A DNA stretch of 64,000 nt from Octopus sinensis (lineage: Eukaryota), in contig NC_043021.1 in NCBI RefSeq assembly GCF_006345805.1, positions 12,834,001 through 12,898,000 of the forward strand. The letters run 5' to 3'. The position numbers were made by a program, and so were the translations under genes. Numbering within the stretch: position 1 is the first letter of the stretch; each line of letters opens with the position of its first letter. The notes beneath the pieces are model-generated. The model made no database searches, was not told where the DNA came from, and saw nothing but the letters and a program-made list of their open reading frames with translations. Below are positions 40,151 through 53,359 of this stretch, piece after piece.

Positions 40151-43100
40151 ACATTTAAATATTTATTAAGACATTTCTCCATCAGTTAACAATGGATCAG
40201 CTCTCCAGGGTTGTTTCTTCCGTGACTCAATAAAGATACGAAATCGAAATCAAGAGCATTTGAATTGGGAACTAAAAGGACGTGAAATCTGTTGTAATCG
40301 CAACCATTCTCCTTATCTAAAATAAATAAATAAAATTCAAATAAAGTTGGTAAACACTAGGAAAGTGGGAGGAGACAACACAATTAGATAACTATAGTGA
40401 TGGAAGAGTGAGGGAGGTAGGGGGGAACAGGTTATGGCGGAGGACAAGCGAAGGCCGGGTGCAGTAGTAGGGACAAGGCAATACACGAAATAGGAGGAAT
40501 ATATCTCGTTCTTCCTTCCTCAAAATAACATATCAATACTGAAGAGGTGTGCTAGCTACTCTAACGTAATAAACTAGAGGATACTGAGCATTAAGAATTC
40601 AATTACACACAAAAAAACAAAAAGAAAATGATGGCGGTGATTGTGATGATTACGACGAGGATGAATGATAATGGCCGTTCTGCAGAATATTTTTTAAACA
40701 TAGGTCAAGAAACGGAGCCTTATGGCAAAGCTGTTATCGGTCATCAAATTCTTCAAAAACGTTTTCAAATATCGCAAAGAACAATCTCAAAATAATATTT
40801 GGCAACATATTTACTTCTATTACAATATATAATCTCGAAACTTAAATAAAGGCAAAATTTCGCCAAATTGCTCAGATCCCCTACGCGTAACATGCAAACC
40901 ACATCAGACGAAAATTATAGAAAAGAAAAAGTTTAGTTGTTAATTCTTAAAATTTACTTCAAATTATGAAGCTAACTCGCGAAACCTAGAAATTTTTTTC
41001 CCACAAAATATTCAAAATAAACTCTTAATTTCTCAATCGCCTAAACTAAACTATGTCCTATTCTATAAAATTGCTCAACAGCGGCGGATTAACTGCCTTC
41101 CTGTATAATTTTTAGTTATTCCCCTTCGTGTTCCGATTTCGAATCTCCCATCTCCTCGAAATTCCCCTTCGTGTTCCGATTTCAAATCCCTATCTCCTCG
41201 AAATTAACTTCACCTACTGTTCTTCCAAGATCGATAGAATAGATTTCGATCAAGAAAATACTGGATTAGTTTTAAATCAACTATATTTATAATCCTATCG
41301 AGAAACGTTAGCGCGCCAAGCTAAAATATCTGCACACATTTGCTTCTGTTGTTTTCTTGGTTCAAATCACAGCGAGGCCAACTTTACCTGTCGCTCTCCT
41401 CTGAGGTTCAAGTTCAACACCAGTGTTCGTCTATTCAATTAATTACACTAAATAGTTGTTTTGTACTAATGAGAGGAATCACTCTTATCAAAACATAATA
41501 AACGGCAGAACTCTCAAATACTTTTACTTTTCTGTTTCAAATTCCAACCGAAGATCAAATCTCAATGCCGGAGTTAAATAAAGTACCTATCTACCCGAGT
41601 CGATTCAGTTGAATGAAGACACGTTTTAATTAAACTAACTTCTACGTATCGTCCTCCTTATCAACAGGTTAAACAAAAGCTCAACATGCTGACAAAGAGT
41701 TGAGCACTCTCGTCACAACCTCAGAACTGCATCTCATTTGGCAAATATCTGCTGCCAGTATCCTCTGAGGGTCTCCAAATGTCATTCTGACCTGGTGATG
41801 TCATTGTCATAATAATCAATGATACAACAAATTTCAATAACTAAATAAATAAACGTGTGTTCGATCTGTCTCGGCCGATGATGTGTGAGTAACCGTTACA
41901 TTTCATACCAACAGAATCAACCTGTGTGTGTGACCATGGCCCTCCCACAAATCAACATTCAAATGCATAGTTTGATTAATTAAGACCCAGGCATTACCGC
42001 TCTGAAGGGGGGGGGGGCATTAATAAAACAACTTCCAAGTGAACATCACAAAAATAGCAATTGATTATTTCGATTTTCTCGTAGATTCTCTTTATCTGTC
42101 ACAATATATTTGAAAAGAGGGTGTTTGAAATATAACATATGCTCCCTCTCTAAACACATACACCTGTAAACAGTAAACCATACAAATGAATTCGAATTTA
42201 TCTTAAAGGAATGATTAATCATCCACCTTATGAGAACTGAAATAAATGCCAACTCATTACTGCCTCCAAATTTTTTTATTTATTTACTTTTTCCATTTTA
42301 AGGTAAAATTTTCCAATATGTCTCCCAACGTAGCCACGTGTGGCAGCTGAGGTGACGGCCAGGCACCTGAACAAAGGCGTAGTTTCATACTACCGGGTGG
42401 CTGGGGGCACAGAGGATCGCCGTCGCACATAGCGAAAGAGATGCTTGGTTTCATAAAGGGAGTTTTCGAAAACGGGAAAAAAAGAATTCCTGATTCCTAG
42501 TTGGTCTCTTTCTTACACGCACTGTGAAAAACTTAATGTAAACAAACTTTGTGTGGATGGCAACGAATTCGAAAAAATTGTAACCAGAAAGCATGTTTAA
42601 GAACCAGGGTGATTGGATTTTATCAGGAAATTTTTCACGCAAACGGATTTCGATGGAAAAGAATGAATGGTGAGCATGAACATTAGGTGTAAATAAAAAG
42701 AAAAAGGCTTCAGGAAATCTTAGTCCCTCGACGAGAGCGACTTCACAATATGATTCTATGTACATAATCAAAAGAGAGGAAAACATTAAGCAAATACATG
42801 TTTATGCAAAACTAATGAACGAAGAGTAAATAGAGAATGTAGTGGGAAAATCATAAAAATAAAATATAAATGTGTTTAAATCCGCTGCAATCTAACACAC
42901 AGACACACACACACACACACACACACGAGAAAGATTAGGTCGGTTGTATGAGTAAAAATAATGGCGATGACGTAGATTAAACCCGCCGAAGACGAAACTG
43001 TTTGGATTTCGTGGAATAAAAGTGAAGATGTTTCGAGTCTTCAGATGTTGAGTTGGGTAAAACTAAATCGGGGGGAAACACGGTCAAAGGTGAAGTGATA

Positions 43101-44738
43101 AATTAGAAAATATACATTCTTATATAACACGGGTAAGAAGAGTAAAAGAAAAAAATGCTGGTTGAAACCCTTCTAGGTTTGGCCATGCAATTAAGCTATG
43201 ACGGATTTCGTTTGAAAGCCTTAAACCTAGCACTGGTTCACATTGTATGCTGTCAGTCGTAATAAAAATCATTTATTTTTATCAAAGTTGTGGCTTATTT
43301 TGGTTTTATTTTATTTTTCGACCCTTAAATATTAAGCACTCGTTATTTCCTACAGAACCACCAAACAAAAAAAAGCGATATTCAACCGGTGCTTTATAAG
43401 TCATTTTTACATAAAGATAATTATTATGAAAGCAATAATTGTGATTTATTCAGTGTTAGAAAATAAACAAAACAAATGCTGCTTGGCTGTTTGATGGCAA
43501 TACGCATGTAATGATAACTTTTCCCGGCATAATCAAATGAGGTGAGTATAATCTTCACACAATTCAGGAGTATCACCATTGAATGGAAACTAAACTCCTT
43601 CCTCCACCATTTAATGCGAGAGGGAAAGGAAGAGAAGTACATGTGTGTGTGTAAGTGCATCTACATATGTGTGAGTGAGTGTGAAAGGCAGAAAGAGCGC
43701 CTGACTACTATTGTGCGCGTTTGTGTGTATGTATATCTATGTGTGTGTGTTGGCCTCCGTCTATGTGTAAATGAATGTGGCTGTCGTTCTCTCCGATATG
43801 TATGTATGCGTGCGTGTGTATGTGCCTATGTTGGCCCACCAATGTAAGTCTCACAGTATTGCGTTTTTTTTTTTTAAGAACGATCAGAAACGTTTCTAAT
43901 TTAACCAGCTTACTATCTTAATATCCAGCTTGTTTTAGACATACACACACGTGTGTCTGTATATATATATATATATATATAGTAGCTGTTCCAAAAGAAT
44001 GAAACCATATCTTCTAGCAATAGACTAAGCAAGCATTACAAATAATTAAAAAAAAAAAAAAAACAGGTCATATTTTTTGGCCATTAATGTTCGATAGAGA
44101 AATCGCTTAAAAACAAAACAAAAATGGGAGGAAATATGAAAATTAAGCATATATATTCTCACACACATAAATATATATATGTATATATATATATATATAT
44201 AATTAATTAATAAGGGTGAGAGAATTAGATACTAATTTAATATATTTTATATATATATATACACATATGTATATGTGTATGTATATATATATATATGAAA
44301 AAGTAGGGACGAATTAACGAAAGGGGTAGTAGAAATTGATAATTACTTATTTATCTAAAAGGACGAAGTGTTTGATCGCATGTACGTATACACACACATG
44401 CATAAATATGTGGAATTAATCGGAGACGACGGCGATATAGATATATGTAGATATATATATATATATACAACGAAAGAGAGAGAGAGAGAGAGGAGAGGGT
44501 GAGTTGATAAAATGGTGGATTGGCGACATGGAGACGGAAAAGACGGACAACCGAAAGAAGCAGGCAGTAATAATCTCTTCATTTACATCATATCTCGTCT
44601 CTCTCCACCCACACTCATGTCGGGATTTCAGGAAGGTCGGAGATAGCATGTATTTATTTCTGATTTTGGTTATCAAAACTAATTAAATAACTTCGTTTTC
44701 TTGATTTTCTTTCTTTTACTCCATCTAACCACACCGAA

Positions 44739-44800
<62 letters not shown>

Positions 44801-45722
44801 CAATCGTTTTAGAATATATATGAAACCCTGCTTTCCATATATTTTTCGAGGTGTGTATATGTATATATATATATATGTTGTTCTTTTAAAATACATTCTT
44901 CTTTAAAACATGACTGTGTTTCCTTTTGATTTCTCCAAGAATTTATTTTAGTATTCAGGATTTTTCTAAATGTTTTTCACATGTTTGCTTGGAACAGCCA
45001 AAGTTCCTGTGTATCTCTGTCTCTATGTGTGTAAATATGTTTGTCTAAGAAGCCCTAGGTCAAGGAAAAGTATGCACTAATATATTTGACAATGGAGTTG
45101 GATATATATATATAGATATATATAGTTGGGGAGTGAGAGAGAGAGCAATGTTCGTATCCCTAAATAGTGTATATATATATATATATTCGCCTATGTGTGT
45201 GTATATATAATCTTTGGTGCCAGAGGAATAGAATCAATGATCAGATACAAATTAGCACTAATTTGATTTATATATCAATATGATTTATATTAAGATCTTA
45301 GATTAAGATTATATATACATATAATATATACACGTGTAGATTTATATATAGATAGACGTATATGCGAATGTATATATACATAAATGGGAAATAGTATTCA
45401 AATCAAAACATCTAACATTATTATTGTTTAAAAGAAATCTTTATTACTGGATCTTATTAAATAAACGATCGTTAAGTAGTTATTGTTTCAATGAAGAGTA
45501 AATTACGATCGCTTGCGTGTACGAGTGTATGTGTGTGTATATACACACATTTGATTTGAAAACCCCACTGGAATGGGAGAAAGCGCTAATTAATCTGAAT
45601 ATGATATGATATATATGTAAAAAATGTAATATATAAATAAATATCTATAAACATGAACCATCCGATCTTCTGATTACCTCATTTCTTCTAATATATAATA
45701 CCTGTACATCATCTCCAAACCT

Positions 45723-45753
<31 letters not shown>

Positions 45754-46013
45754 ATGTGTGTGTGTGTCTGGGGTGTTAGAGGAATGAGGGCTTTCACTCC
45801 ATTTTTAAAGTCATCCGTCTCTCTCTTTCTCTCTCACACACACACACACTCTTTCTTTCTTTCTGTGTCTGTTCATCCATTCAGAAAAGAACAATAACCA
45901 GAATAATGAAGAAGAACAACAATCAGAATGTGGAAGAAAAGAAGTGAATGAAGAAGAAATAATTTCGAGTATATAAAACAGACACAATAAAAAAAAAAGT
46001 AAAGAGTTTATAC

Positions 46014-46080
46014 CTTCTCCGCCTTCGTCAACTTCCATGTCTTCGGAGAGGTCGTCGTCTTTCTTTAGACCTCCCGGCAT
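46014..46080 (-). CDS. CHD4: Mi-2/CHD3-4-5 coding exon 1 (MPGGLKKDDDLSEDMEVDEGGE, ends phase 1)
   Basis: ATG at 46080, acidic N-terminus, donor GAAG|GTATAA at 46013; phase 1 matches exon 2. The symbol stands for the invertebrate Mi-2 co-orthologue of CHD3/4/5. No conserved domain here, so the call rests on splice signals and frame. Confidence 0.8.
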
Positions 46081-47856
46081 TTTGGATGTTTAAAGAGATG
46101 AGAGTAAGAGAAGTCTAGTCAAGCGGATTATATATCGATATATATATACCATACATATATATATATTCACATATATATGCGTGTATATATAAATATATAT
46201 CCTGGTTCCTTTACCCCTTCTACAGTGAAGCTTCTTCTTCTGTCTTTCGTATTATAATATATATATATAAATAAATATTTATATAATTTGTAGAATCCCA
46301 GAAATGTCCTCGTTTCCTTTTAGTATATAGTAAATAATATAAATATTATTTTTTCTCTATTTTTCGCAGTGGCTTTTTTTTTTCAGAGAGGTTTTATTTT
46401 CAGTCTTTTTTCTAGCTTGTTCGCTTTGTTTCAATTCAATATTTGATTTTCGTCCTTTTTGAAATTGTCAGACTTCATAAACCTTTGATGATTTCGTTCT
46501 CCTTTTAAACGTTGCGTGTCCGCATTTAAAAGCCACCACAATGTAACGTTGTGTGTCCGCATTAAAGCCACCGCACTGTCTTACAACTACTGCTTCTATG
46601 GTGGAAGAAGAAGCACTGGGCAGCGCCCGCGTACTATTGTCAGGCAGTTGGGAAGCAGTGGAGGAGGCAGTAGGATTTCGACTGCGAAAGAGAGGCTAGC
46701 AGTACGAGTAGGAGGCGATCGGGCGGTGGTAGTAGGAATTATAACCACGGCAGCAGCAGTAGTAGTGGTAGTAGTAATACTTCCCCGGAGGGGGAGGTAC
46801 AAAGACAAGGTTGCTCCCGCGTCCTCTTAGTCTGCAGTTGAGTAACAGTGGAGGAAGAAAATGGTTTCTACTTGTATATTGTTATTGTTAGTCGTAGTAG
46901 TGGTAGCAACAGTAGTAGTAGTAGTAATAATAATAATGGTTGCCTACTAGGCTTTAACTTCAATATGAACACCGATTAATTATCACGATCTGGCTGCTGG
47001 CAAAGTCTTCTGGTGTCTTTAATAAGATTCTAGTAGGGATGAAATGAAATGATTAAACGGGGGGAGGGTTTTAGAATGTCTATTTGCAGCAGGGAAGCAG
47101 TAGGAAAGCAATGGAACTTTCTTCAATGCTAAGAAAAAAATGGCAAAAGCTGCTGCAGAATGCTGCAAGAGATCTAACATGTCAAAAAGAGGGAAAAAAA
47201 AATAGCAATGCTATCGTCTCGAGGGAAGTGATAAGGTCATTTTGGAAAAAGTACTTTCGCAATGTGGTAGTTTATATTTTATTAAAAGACACCGGTAGAG
47301 GTGGATGAAGTATTTTTTAAAAAAACACCAAGAAAAAGAACTAAGTTAAACAATTAATAAAATAATAATAGGAAGGGTAATGAGAAAATGTTTCCGAAAG
47401 AACTCTCTAGAATTTTTTAACAGATTTTTTTTTAACAAGTTTAAACAGTAAAAGTAATTAGCAAAGGAGCGAAATTAATTAAAAAGATTATAAAAAAAAA
47501 TAACTATGATGTAGGATAAGTGACGAAAAGAAATTATTTCGTGTCAAAATAGTTTTTTCTCGTTAATTTGTGATTTCGATTTGTTTTATTGATTTCAGGC
47601 GATAACAAAAGAATTTTAAAAACTGTTTTGACTATTCTCTTGAATTTTGGGGGTGGATTTTCAGCAATATTCGTATCCTTAAAAGTTGGCAAGTATAATT
47701 TTTGTAGGATTTCTTAAATAGTTTGAGGTAATTCGTAGGATAGGGCTAATGGGGTGCTGCGATATTCATCAATGCCCTTCTTTTGGAAACATGTAAGAAA
47801 GACAGACACACAGTGATTAAATGGAAATCATCTGAGTCGGTTCGCCGAAAACTTAC

Positions 47857-48200
47857 CCTTTCCGACGAAACAAACCCCACCTTTTTGCCCAGAGAATATT
47901 AGAAATAATAATACTAATAATAATAATGATGATATACGCTAATAACAATTACAATACACGGAGAAAAGGTTTTTAATAGTGTAAATCAATTTCAAAAGGT
48001 GGGGGGGGGGGGAGAAATGATCGAATATGAAGAGAAATGGCGAAAGATAGATGAAAGGAGATAAATAAAGCAAACAGAGGGAGTGGGAGGAAGAGGAGGC
48101 TAGCCCAGAGTAGGAGTTGAGGAAGTAGTAGATTCGCACGGAAGACGATCAGGGTATCCCATAATAGTCATGAGTAGCAGACGGAGGAGGTGAGGGGGGA
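47857..48200 (-). other. Candidate non-coding 5' UTR exon of the CHD gene (upstream boundary approximate)
   Basis: Consensus donor AAGG|GTAAGT at 47856; CpG-containing, pyrimidine-rich minus-strand sequence upstream; 1.8 kb from the ATG. Confidence 0.5.
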
Positions 48201-48300
48201 GCATGGAACCTTGTAGAAGATAACGTCACAGATCGATTAATTACTTAACTCCAATACCCGCTAATTACTTTTTGTTAAAGGCCCAATTAAAGTTGCAACC
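48120..48300 (-). promoter_or_regulatory. Probable upstream promoter region of the CHD gene
   Basis: CpG-retaining segment with a CGGAAG (ETS-like) core near 48140 and a TGACG half-site near 48225; CpG falls off and TEs resume beyond ~48.5 kb. TSS not determinable. Confidence 0.4.
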
Positions 48301-49499
48301 CTTAAACTCCTGGAAATGAAGGAAAAGTCCGGCTTTAGATGGAGTATCCATTTATGCCTGTATACAAACATACCTATGTATATGTGTATGTATGTATGTG
48401 TGTATATATATATATCACGAACACACACACACAGCTACCTATTTCTATGTGTATTTATAAATACATATGTGTGTATGGAGTCTGAAGTATACAGATAAAA
48501 AGAAAAGATATTGGAAATTGTGTTTATATCTTTCTCAAAGGACTTAGTTGAAATGGTTCCAAATGGTGCTGGAAATTTACCGCCACAAGTAGACATTTTT
48601 CCCTTCCCCCTCTCCACACAATCTCATAATGTCCCATTAATATATTTTCATGAAATCTGTACTTCACATCTCACACTCTCCTCTCTGACTCCCCCTCTCA
48701 TTGTTTCTCTCTTTCTTTCTCTGTCTTTAATAATGCATGTGTGTCAAACCTAACTGGCAAGGTAGTTAGATAAACATGGTTGACTCTTGCTATGGGTGAT
48801 ACAAGTTCAAGTCTTACAAGAGACATGGTATCCTAAGAAAAAAGGACAGAAATGTCCAGTTCATTCTACCAACACAATGTCAGGTACAGTGGTTTCAATG
48901 TGATGCAATTTATTAGATTTCTAGGTTTCAAAACTTATTGCAAACATTGAGCTAAGTAACTGAGCAAGTGTCATGCCTGATTTCTCTAGTAAGACTGAAT
49001 GATAGTGGGTCCTTTACACAAAAAGTTTGTAAAATGATATATTGTTGAACTTCTAAGACTGAAATATTGTTGGATTGAAATATTCCAGAATTGGTATAGC
49101 TGAACTGTTGTTTGAGCTGCCATATTCTTGGACTGATATCAAACTGTAATTCAACTGAGGATGCTGAGATGGAATTCGAACTGTATCAAGTTGATTGGAT
49201 TGAAATTGTCAAACTATTATTGGGCCAATGTTAGACTAAAGGCATGGCAGTGAGCTGGTAGAATGTCAACATGCTGGGTAAAATACTTAACGACACTTTG
49301 TCCCTCTTTTCACACACACCAGCTCAACCATATATTTAGAAACACCAGGATCTCTCTTAACTCCAAGACTCTTGTTGCATTGTTAAAAACTGGCTCTTGT
49401 GGTATTGTTAGCAACAGGCCTGAACGCTCTTAAGAAGAACTTAAAACTCAAATAAAAATCATACATACCATACAATTATGATGATGTTTGCCTCATCTT

Positions 49500-49880
49500 A
49501 TTTCTTTATTGCCCACATGGGGCTAAACAGAGGGGACAAACAAGGACAGACAACCAGATTAAGTCGATTACATTGACCCCAGTGTGTAACTGGAACTTAA
49601 TTTATCGACCCCAAAAGGATAAAAGTCGAAGTTGACCTCAGCGGAATTTGAACTCAGAAAGTGGCGGCAGACGAAATACCTATTTATTTACTACCCACAA
49701 GGGGCTAAACACAGAGAGGACAAACAAGGACAGACAAATGGATTAAGCCGATTATATCAACCCCCAGTGTGTAACTGGTACTTAATTTATTGACCCCGAA
49801 AGGATGAAAGGCAAAGTCAACCTCAGTGTAATTTGAACTCAGAACGTAACGGCAGATGAAAAAGTGCCAGTTATGTACTG
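49500..49880 (-). mobile_element. Tandem family B SINE copies
   Basis: Two adjacent copies of ggggctaaacacagagaggacaaacaaggacagac...gaccccgaaaggatgaaaggcaaagtc. Confidence 0.75.
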
Positions 49881-49958
49881 GGGTCAATCCAATCGACTGC
49901 ACACCCTCTCCAAAAATTTCAGGCCTTGTGCCTAAAGTAGAAAAGAATATTGGATGTA

Positions 49959-50119
49959 CCATATTTTAACATGTATAAGGAATCCTTTTTTTGTCAAAAA
50001 TTAGCTTAAAAAATATGGGAGTTTCTTATACATGGATAGCATTATAATCCTTTACAAAACCTCTTTTCCGAATTTTAAGCCCAAAACATTCGGGGCTCCT
50101 TATACACATTAAAACATGG
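49959..50119. mobile_element. pogo/Tc1-mariner-type MITE (161 bp)
   Basis: TIRs CCAT(A/G)TTTTAA..TGTATAAGGA, TA flanks. Confidence 0.75.
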
Positions 50120-51105
50120 TAATAAAGGCTTGAACAACACATTTGTCACTCTTTCGCTTGCCATAGTAGGTTCCAGTGACAAACACTGCAAGATGTCTGA
50201 CACAGTCTTGACTCTAAGTTCTTATGTCAGAGTATCTTTCTCTTAGAAGAGCTGTCTTCCCCACAGCTTTGTCAAAAATAATGGTAGCCCCCTCTTCCCT
50301 GAGAAATCTATTTAACCCATAGACAGGACCCTGACAGGAACTATTTTTCTGGGTTAGAATGGACCTGAAAGTAATAGTAATTAAGGGGAAACTCTACACA
50401 TCTCATAACTCCAGGACTCCTCAATTGGTACCTCATCACTGGATGTAGTTTAATGTCATACGCAGGAGATATGTATGCCTACAGTGAAGTTTCTGTTTCA
50501 TTCTACCAGATCCACTTGTAAGGCTCTGGTTAGCCCAGGGCTATAGTCGAGGACACTTACCCAAAGTGACATGCAAGCTATATGGTTGGGAAGCAAGCTT
50601 CTTGATTCATAGCTATACCTGAACCTACATGGAAATGTGTGTGTTGGTGTGATATGATATAATACATAAAGTGAAGAATGGCAAACACTTGGGCAAGACA
50701 TGACCTATTTAAGCATTGAGAACACATACCTATTAGCTTGAGTCATCTTGATGAAAACTACTCATATCCTTTACATACATACATACATACACACACATAC
50801 ATACATACATACATACATACATACACACATACATGCATACATATATACACACACTCATTTATCTTTGTTTATGTTTTTAGTTTTTTCAGTCGTTTGGCTG
50901 TGGCCATGCTGAAGCACCACCTTAAAGGGTTTTCGTTGAAAAAATCAACCCCAGGACTTAATTTTTGTAAGCCTAGTACTTATTCTATTGGTCTCTTCTG
51001 GTAAACTGCTAAGTTACAGAGACATACACACACCAACATCAGTTGTCAAGCGATGGTGGGGCATCAAACAGGCACAAAGACACACATAAATATATATACA
51101 TACAT

Positions 51106-51138
<33 letters not shown>

Positions 51139-51759
51139 GAGAGAGAGAGAGCAATAAGAAAATGGAGGGGATCAATAGGTGGCTCATCAACTTTTAGACA
51201 TTATATTATGTCAATTTATTTATTTTTTCTAAAATGACAATTACAAGAATATACATACATGTATAACATATTATGCTTTACATATAAAATATATAAAGAT
51301 ACCAGTAATTATCAAAATATAACATACAGGAATATAAATTGGGAAAATGTCTTACAGCTGTTTCAGCCAAGGGGTAAAAATACCTCATTCTACCTTTATC
51401 TCTCTAGTTTACTTCAGTTTAGAGACTAGAGCATAGAGAAGTGTAAGTCTTTGTAGATCCACACATGTCGATGCTGTATCGGTAGTGACCCTCATTTGGT
51501 AGTAGTGGTGCTGGTGGCAATGAGAGAATGTTGCAGCAGTAGCAGCCGTTCAGGAATTTGGACATGGAGATCTCCATTTCCAGTGACTTCGAGGGCCACC
51601 TCCCAGTGGTGTCGGGCGTCAACAAAGAGCCCTTGACTACAACAAGACGACCAAAGTTTTTTTTTTCCAAGGTCTGGGGTCTCCCGCCCCTAAGCCCTAG
51701 ACCATCACCTAATCTCCCTCACCTGTCTTGTTGCTTAACAACAACAACAGCAGCAGCGT

Positions 51760-52136
51760 GGAGGCGCAATGGCCCAGTGGTTAGGGCAGCGGACTCGCAG
51801 TCAGAGGATTGCGATTTCAATTCCCAGACCAGGCGTTGTGTGTGTTTACTGAGCAAAAACACCTAAAGCTCCATGAAGCTCTGGCAGGGGTGGTAGCGAC
51901 CCCTGTTGTACTCTTTCGCTCCAACTTTCTCTCACTCTTTTTTCCTGTTTCTTATCCCCGACTTCCTATGCAACCGCTGAGCCTGGATGCACATTCATCC
52001 ATCAGTCGATGCTCGGTGTCGAGTGTTGACCTGCTTTCTCGTCTGTGGGTCTTATGAATAGCAAAGGACCACGTTTCGGACTTCTCCCACTCTGGGACGA
52101 AGACTGCTTCGCTCAACAAACAGACAAACAAACAAA
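51760..52136 (+). mobile_element. tRNA-derived SINE (family D) with Pol III boxes
   Basis: A box TGGCCCAGTGG 51770-80, B-box-like GATTTCAATTCC 51813-24, (AAAC)n tail, inserted in a (CAG)n run. Confidence 0.8.
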
Positions 52137-52554
52137 GCAGCAGCAGCAGCACTTTTCCAAAGAGGTAGAAGGAAAGAAGCTGCTTGAATAGAAATATTTC
52201 TTCACATGCAGTTGGGTGCGGTGGGGTGTTGCAGGGGCAGGGAGAACAATAAGAAGAAATGGAAGCTTGAGAATTGGTAGAAAAGTAATCTTAAGACCAA
52301 GAACAGGGCAAGACAATTCAACAGAGTGATACCAAAGCAAAGTCTTATTTCAATGTTAAATAATTTTAATTAAAAAATCTTTTTTTATAATTCTAAGTAA
52401 GTTTTTTTATTTTTTTGCTAAATTATGTGATTGAGTCACTCATTGAGTGACTCATCTTTCAACCAGTTCTCCTCCTTTCCCTGTTGTTCTCACCTGTGAG
52501 AAGAGTTTCTATAGAAATAGTTTCTATTTCCAAAACCTACCCCACCCGCCTTTT

Positions 52555-52595
<41 letters not shown>

Positions 52596-52630
52596 TTTCT
52601 TCCTTTCTTTCTTTCTTTCTTTCTTTCTTT
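52555..52630. repeat. (CTTT)n tetranucleotide repeat
   Basis: Direct inspection. Confidence 0.95.
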
Positions 52631-52771
52631 CGAATTTGCCTTTCATCCTTTCGGGGTTGATTAAATAAGTACCAGTTAAGCACTGGGGTCGATATAATTG
52701 ACTTAATCCGGTTGTCTGTGCTTGTTTGTCCCCTCTGTGTGTATACCCCTTGTGGGCAGTAAAGAAATAGG
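52625..52771 (+). mobile_element. Family B SINE 3' half
   Basis: Reverse complement of the 49500-49880 copies. Confidence 0.75.
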
Positions 52772-53359
52772 AAACTGAGAGAAGCCTATTTTGTGTGTGT
52801 GACTTTGTGTCTGTATTTGGGTCAGTTCATTTGACTAAAACTGGGTCCCAGCCTGGCTGCTATTCAATGACTGACAAAAGTAAACAATACACAATAAAGA
52901 AAAAGATCAGCAAAATTATTTCTATTGGAAATATGTTAATGAAAGTCTTAAATAGCAAAAGGATAGAACATCATAAACAACAACAACAACAATAGCAATA
53001 GCAACTGCTGAGTTTTGTAGTTGGCAAGGATGAAGATAAAACATAGACTAAATGCATGATGGGTAAACCGACAGGCTGGACGGATGGATGGATGGTCAAC
53101 AGTTAAAAGAATCAGAGACAGTGTTTAGGAGCAGCAGCCAGCCTTGGAAGATGGAGCTATCTGCAAAGATAGATGCTTAGTTCGGCACCAGATTTACAAT
53201 GGACAAATATTATTATTGTCATGACTGGTTACTTCTATGACTCCCCCATTTTTTGATGGGGATTCTTTGGTGGGGAGGTTTTTGTCTGTTTTTTTTTGTT
53301 TTTTTGTTTTTTCTCTTCTTTTTACCTTTTCAGTTCAATCAATAAAAGGGAGTAGTTGC

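Noticed and set aside
42451-42786. 111-aa minus ORF as a nested gene
   Set aside because: Phe-rich composition mirrors A-rich plus-strand sequence; no domain or clear splice support.
43025-43050. Minus-strand CTGAAGACTCGAAAC as a hammerhead
   Set aside because: No stem II can form.
46133-46140. TATCGATA (DRE) promoter motif upstream of the ATG
   Set aside because: It is embedded in a (TA)n run where one CG creates it by chance; not supportable alone.
47832-47851. CTGAGTCGG-TTCG-CCGAAAAC as a hammerhead
   Set aside because: It lacks the GA of CUGANGA and has no stems I or III; it is a 3-bp hairpin beside the donor.
51760-51835. tRNA gene
   Set aside because: A and B boxes are present but there is no closed acceptor stem, and it continues into a SINE body and tail.
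51419-51866. Overlapping ORFs upstream of and into the SINE
   Set aside because: No recognisable domain; they run into SINE sequence; possibly an unidentified repeat fragment.
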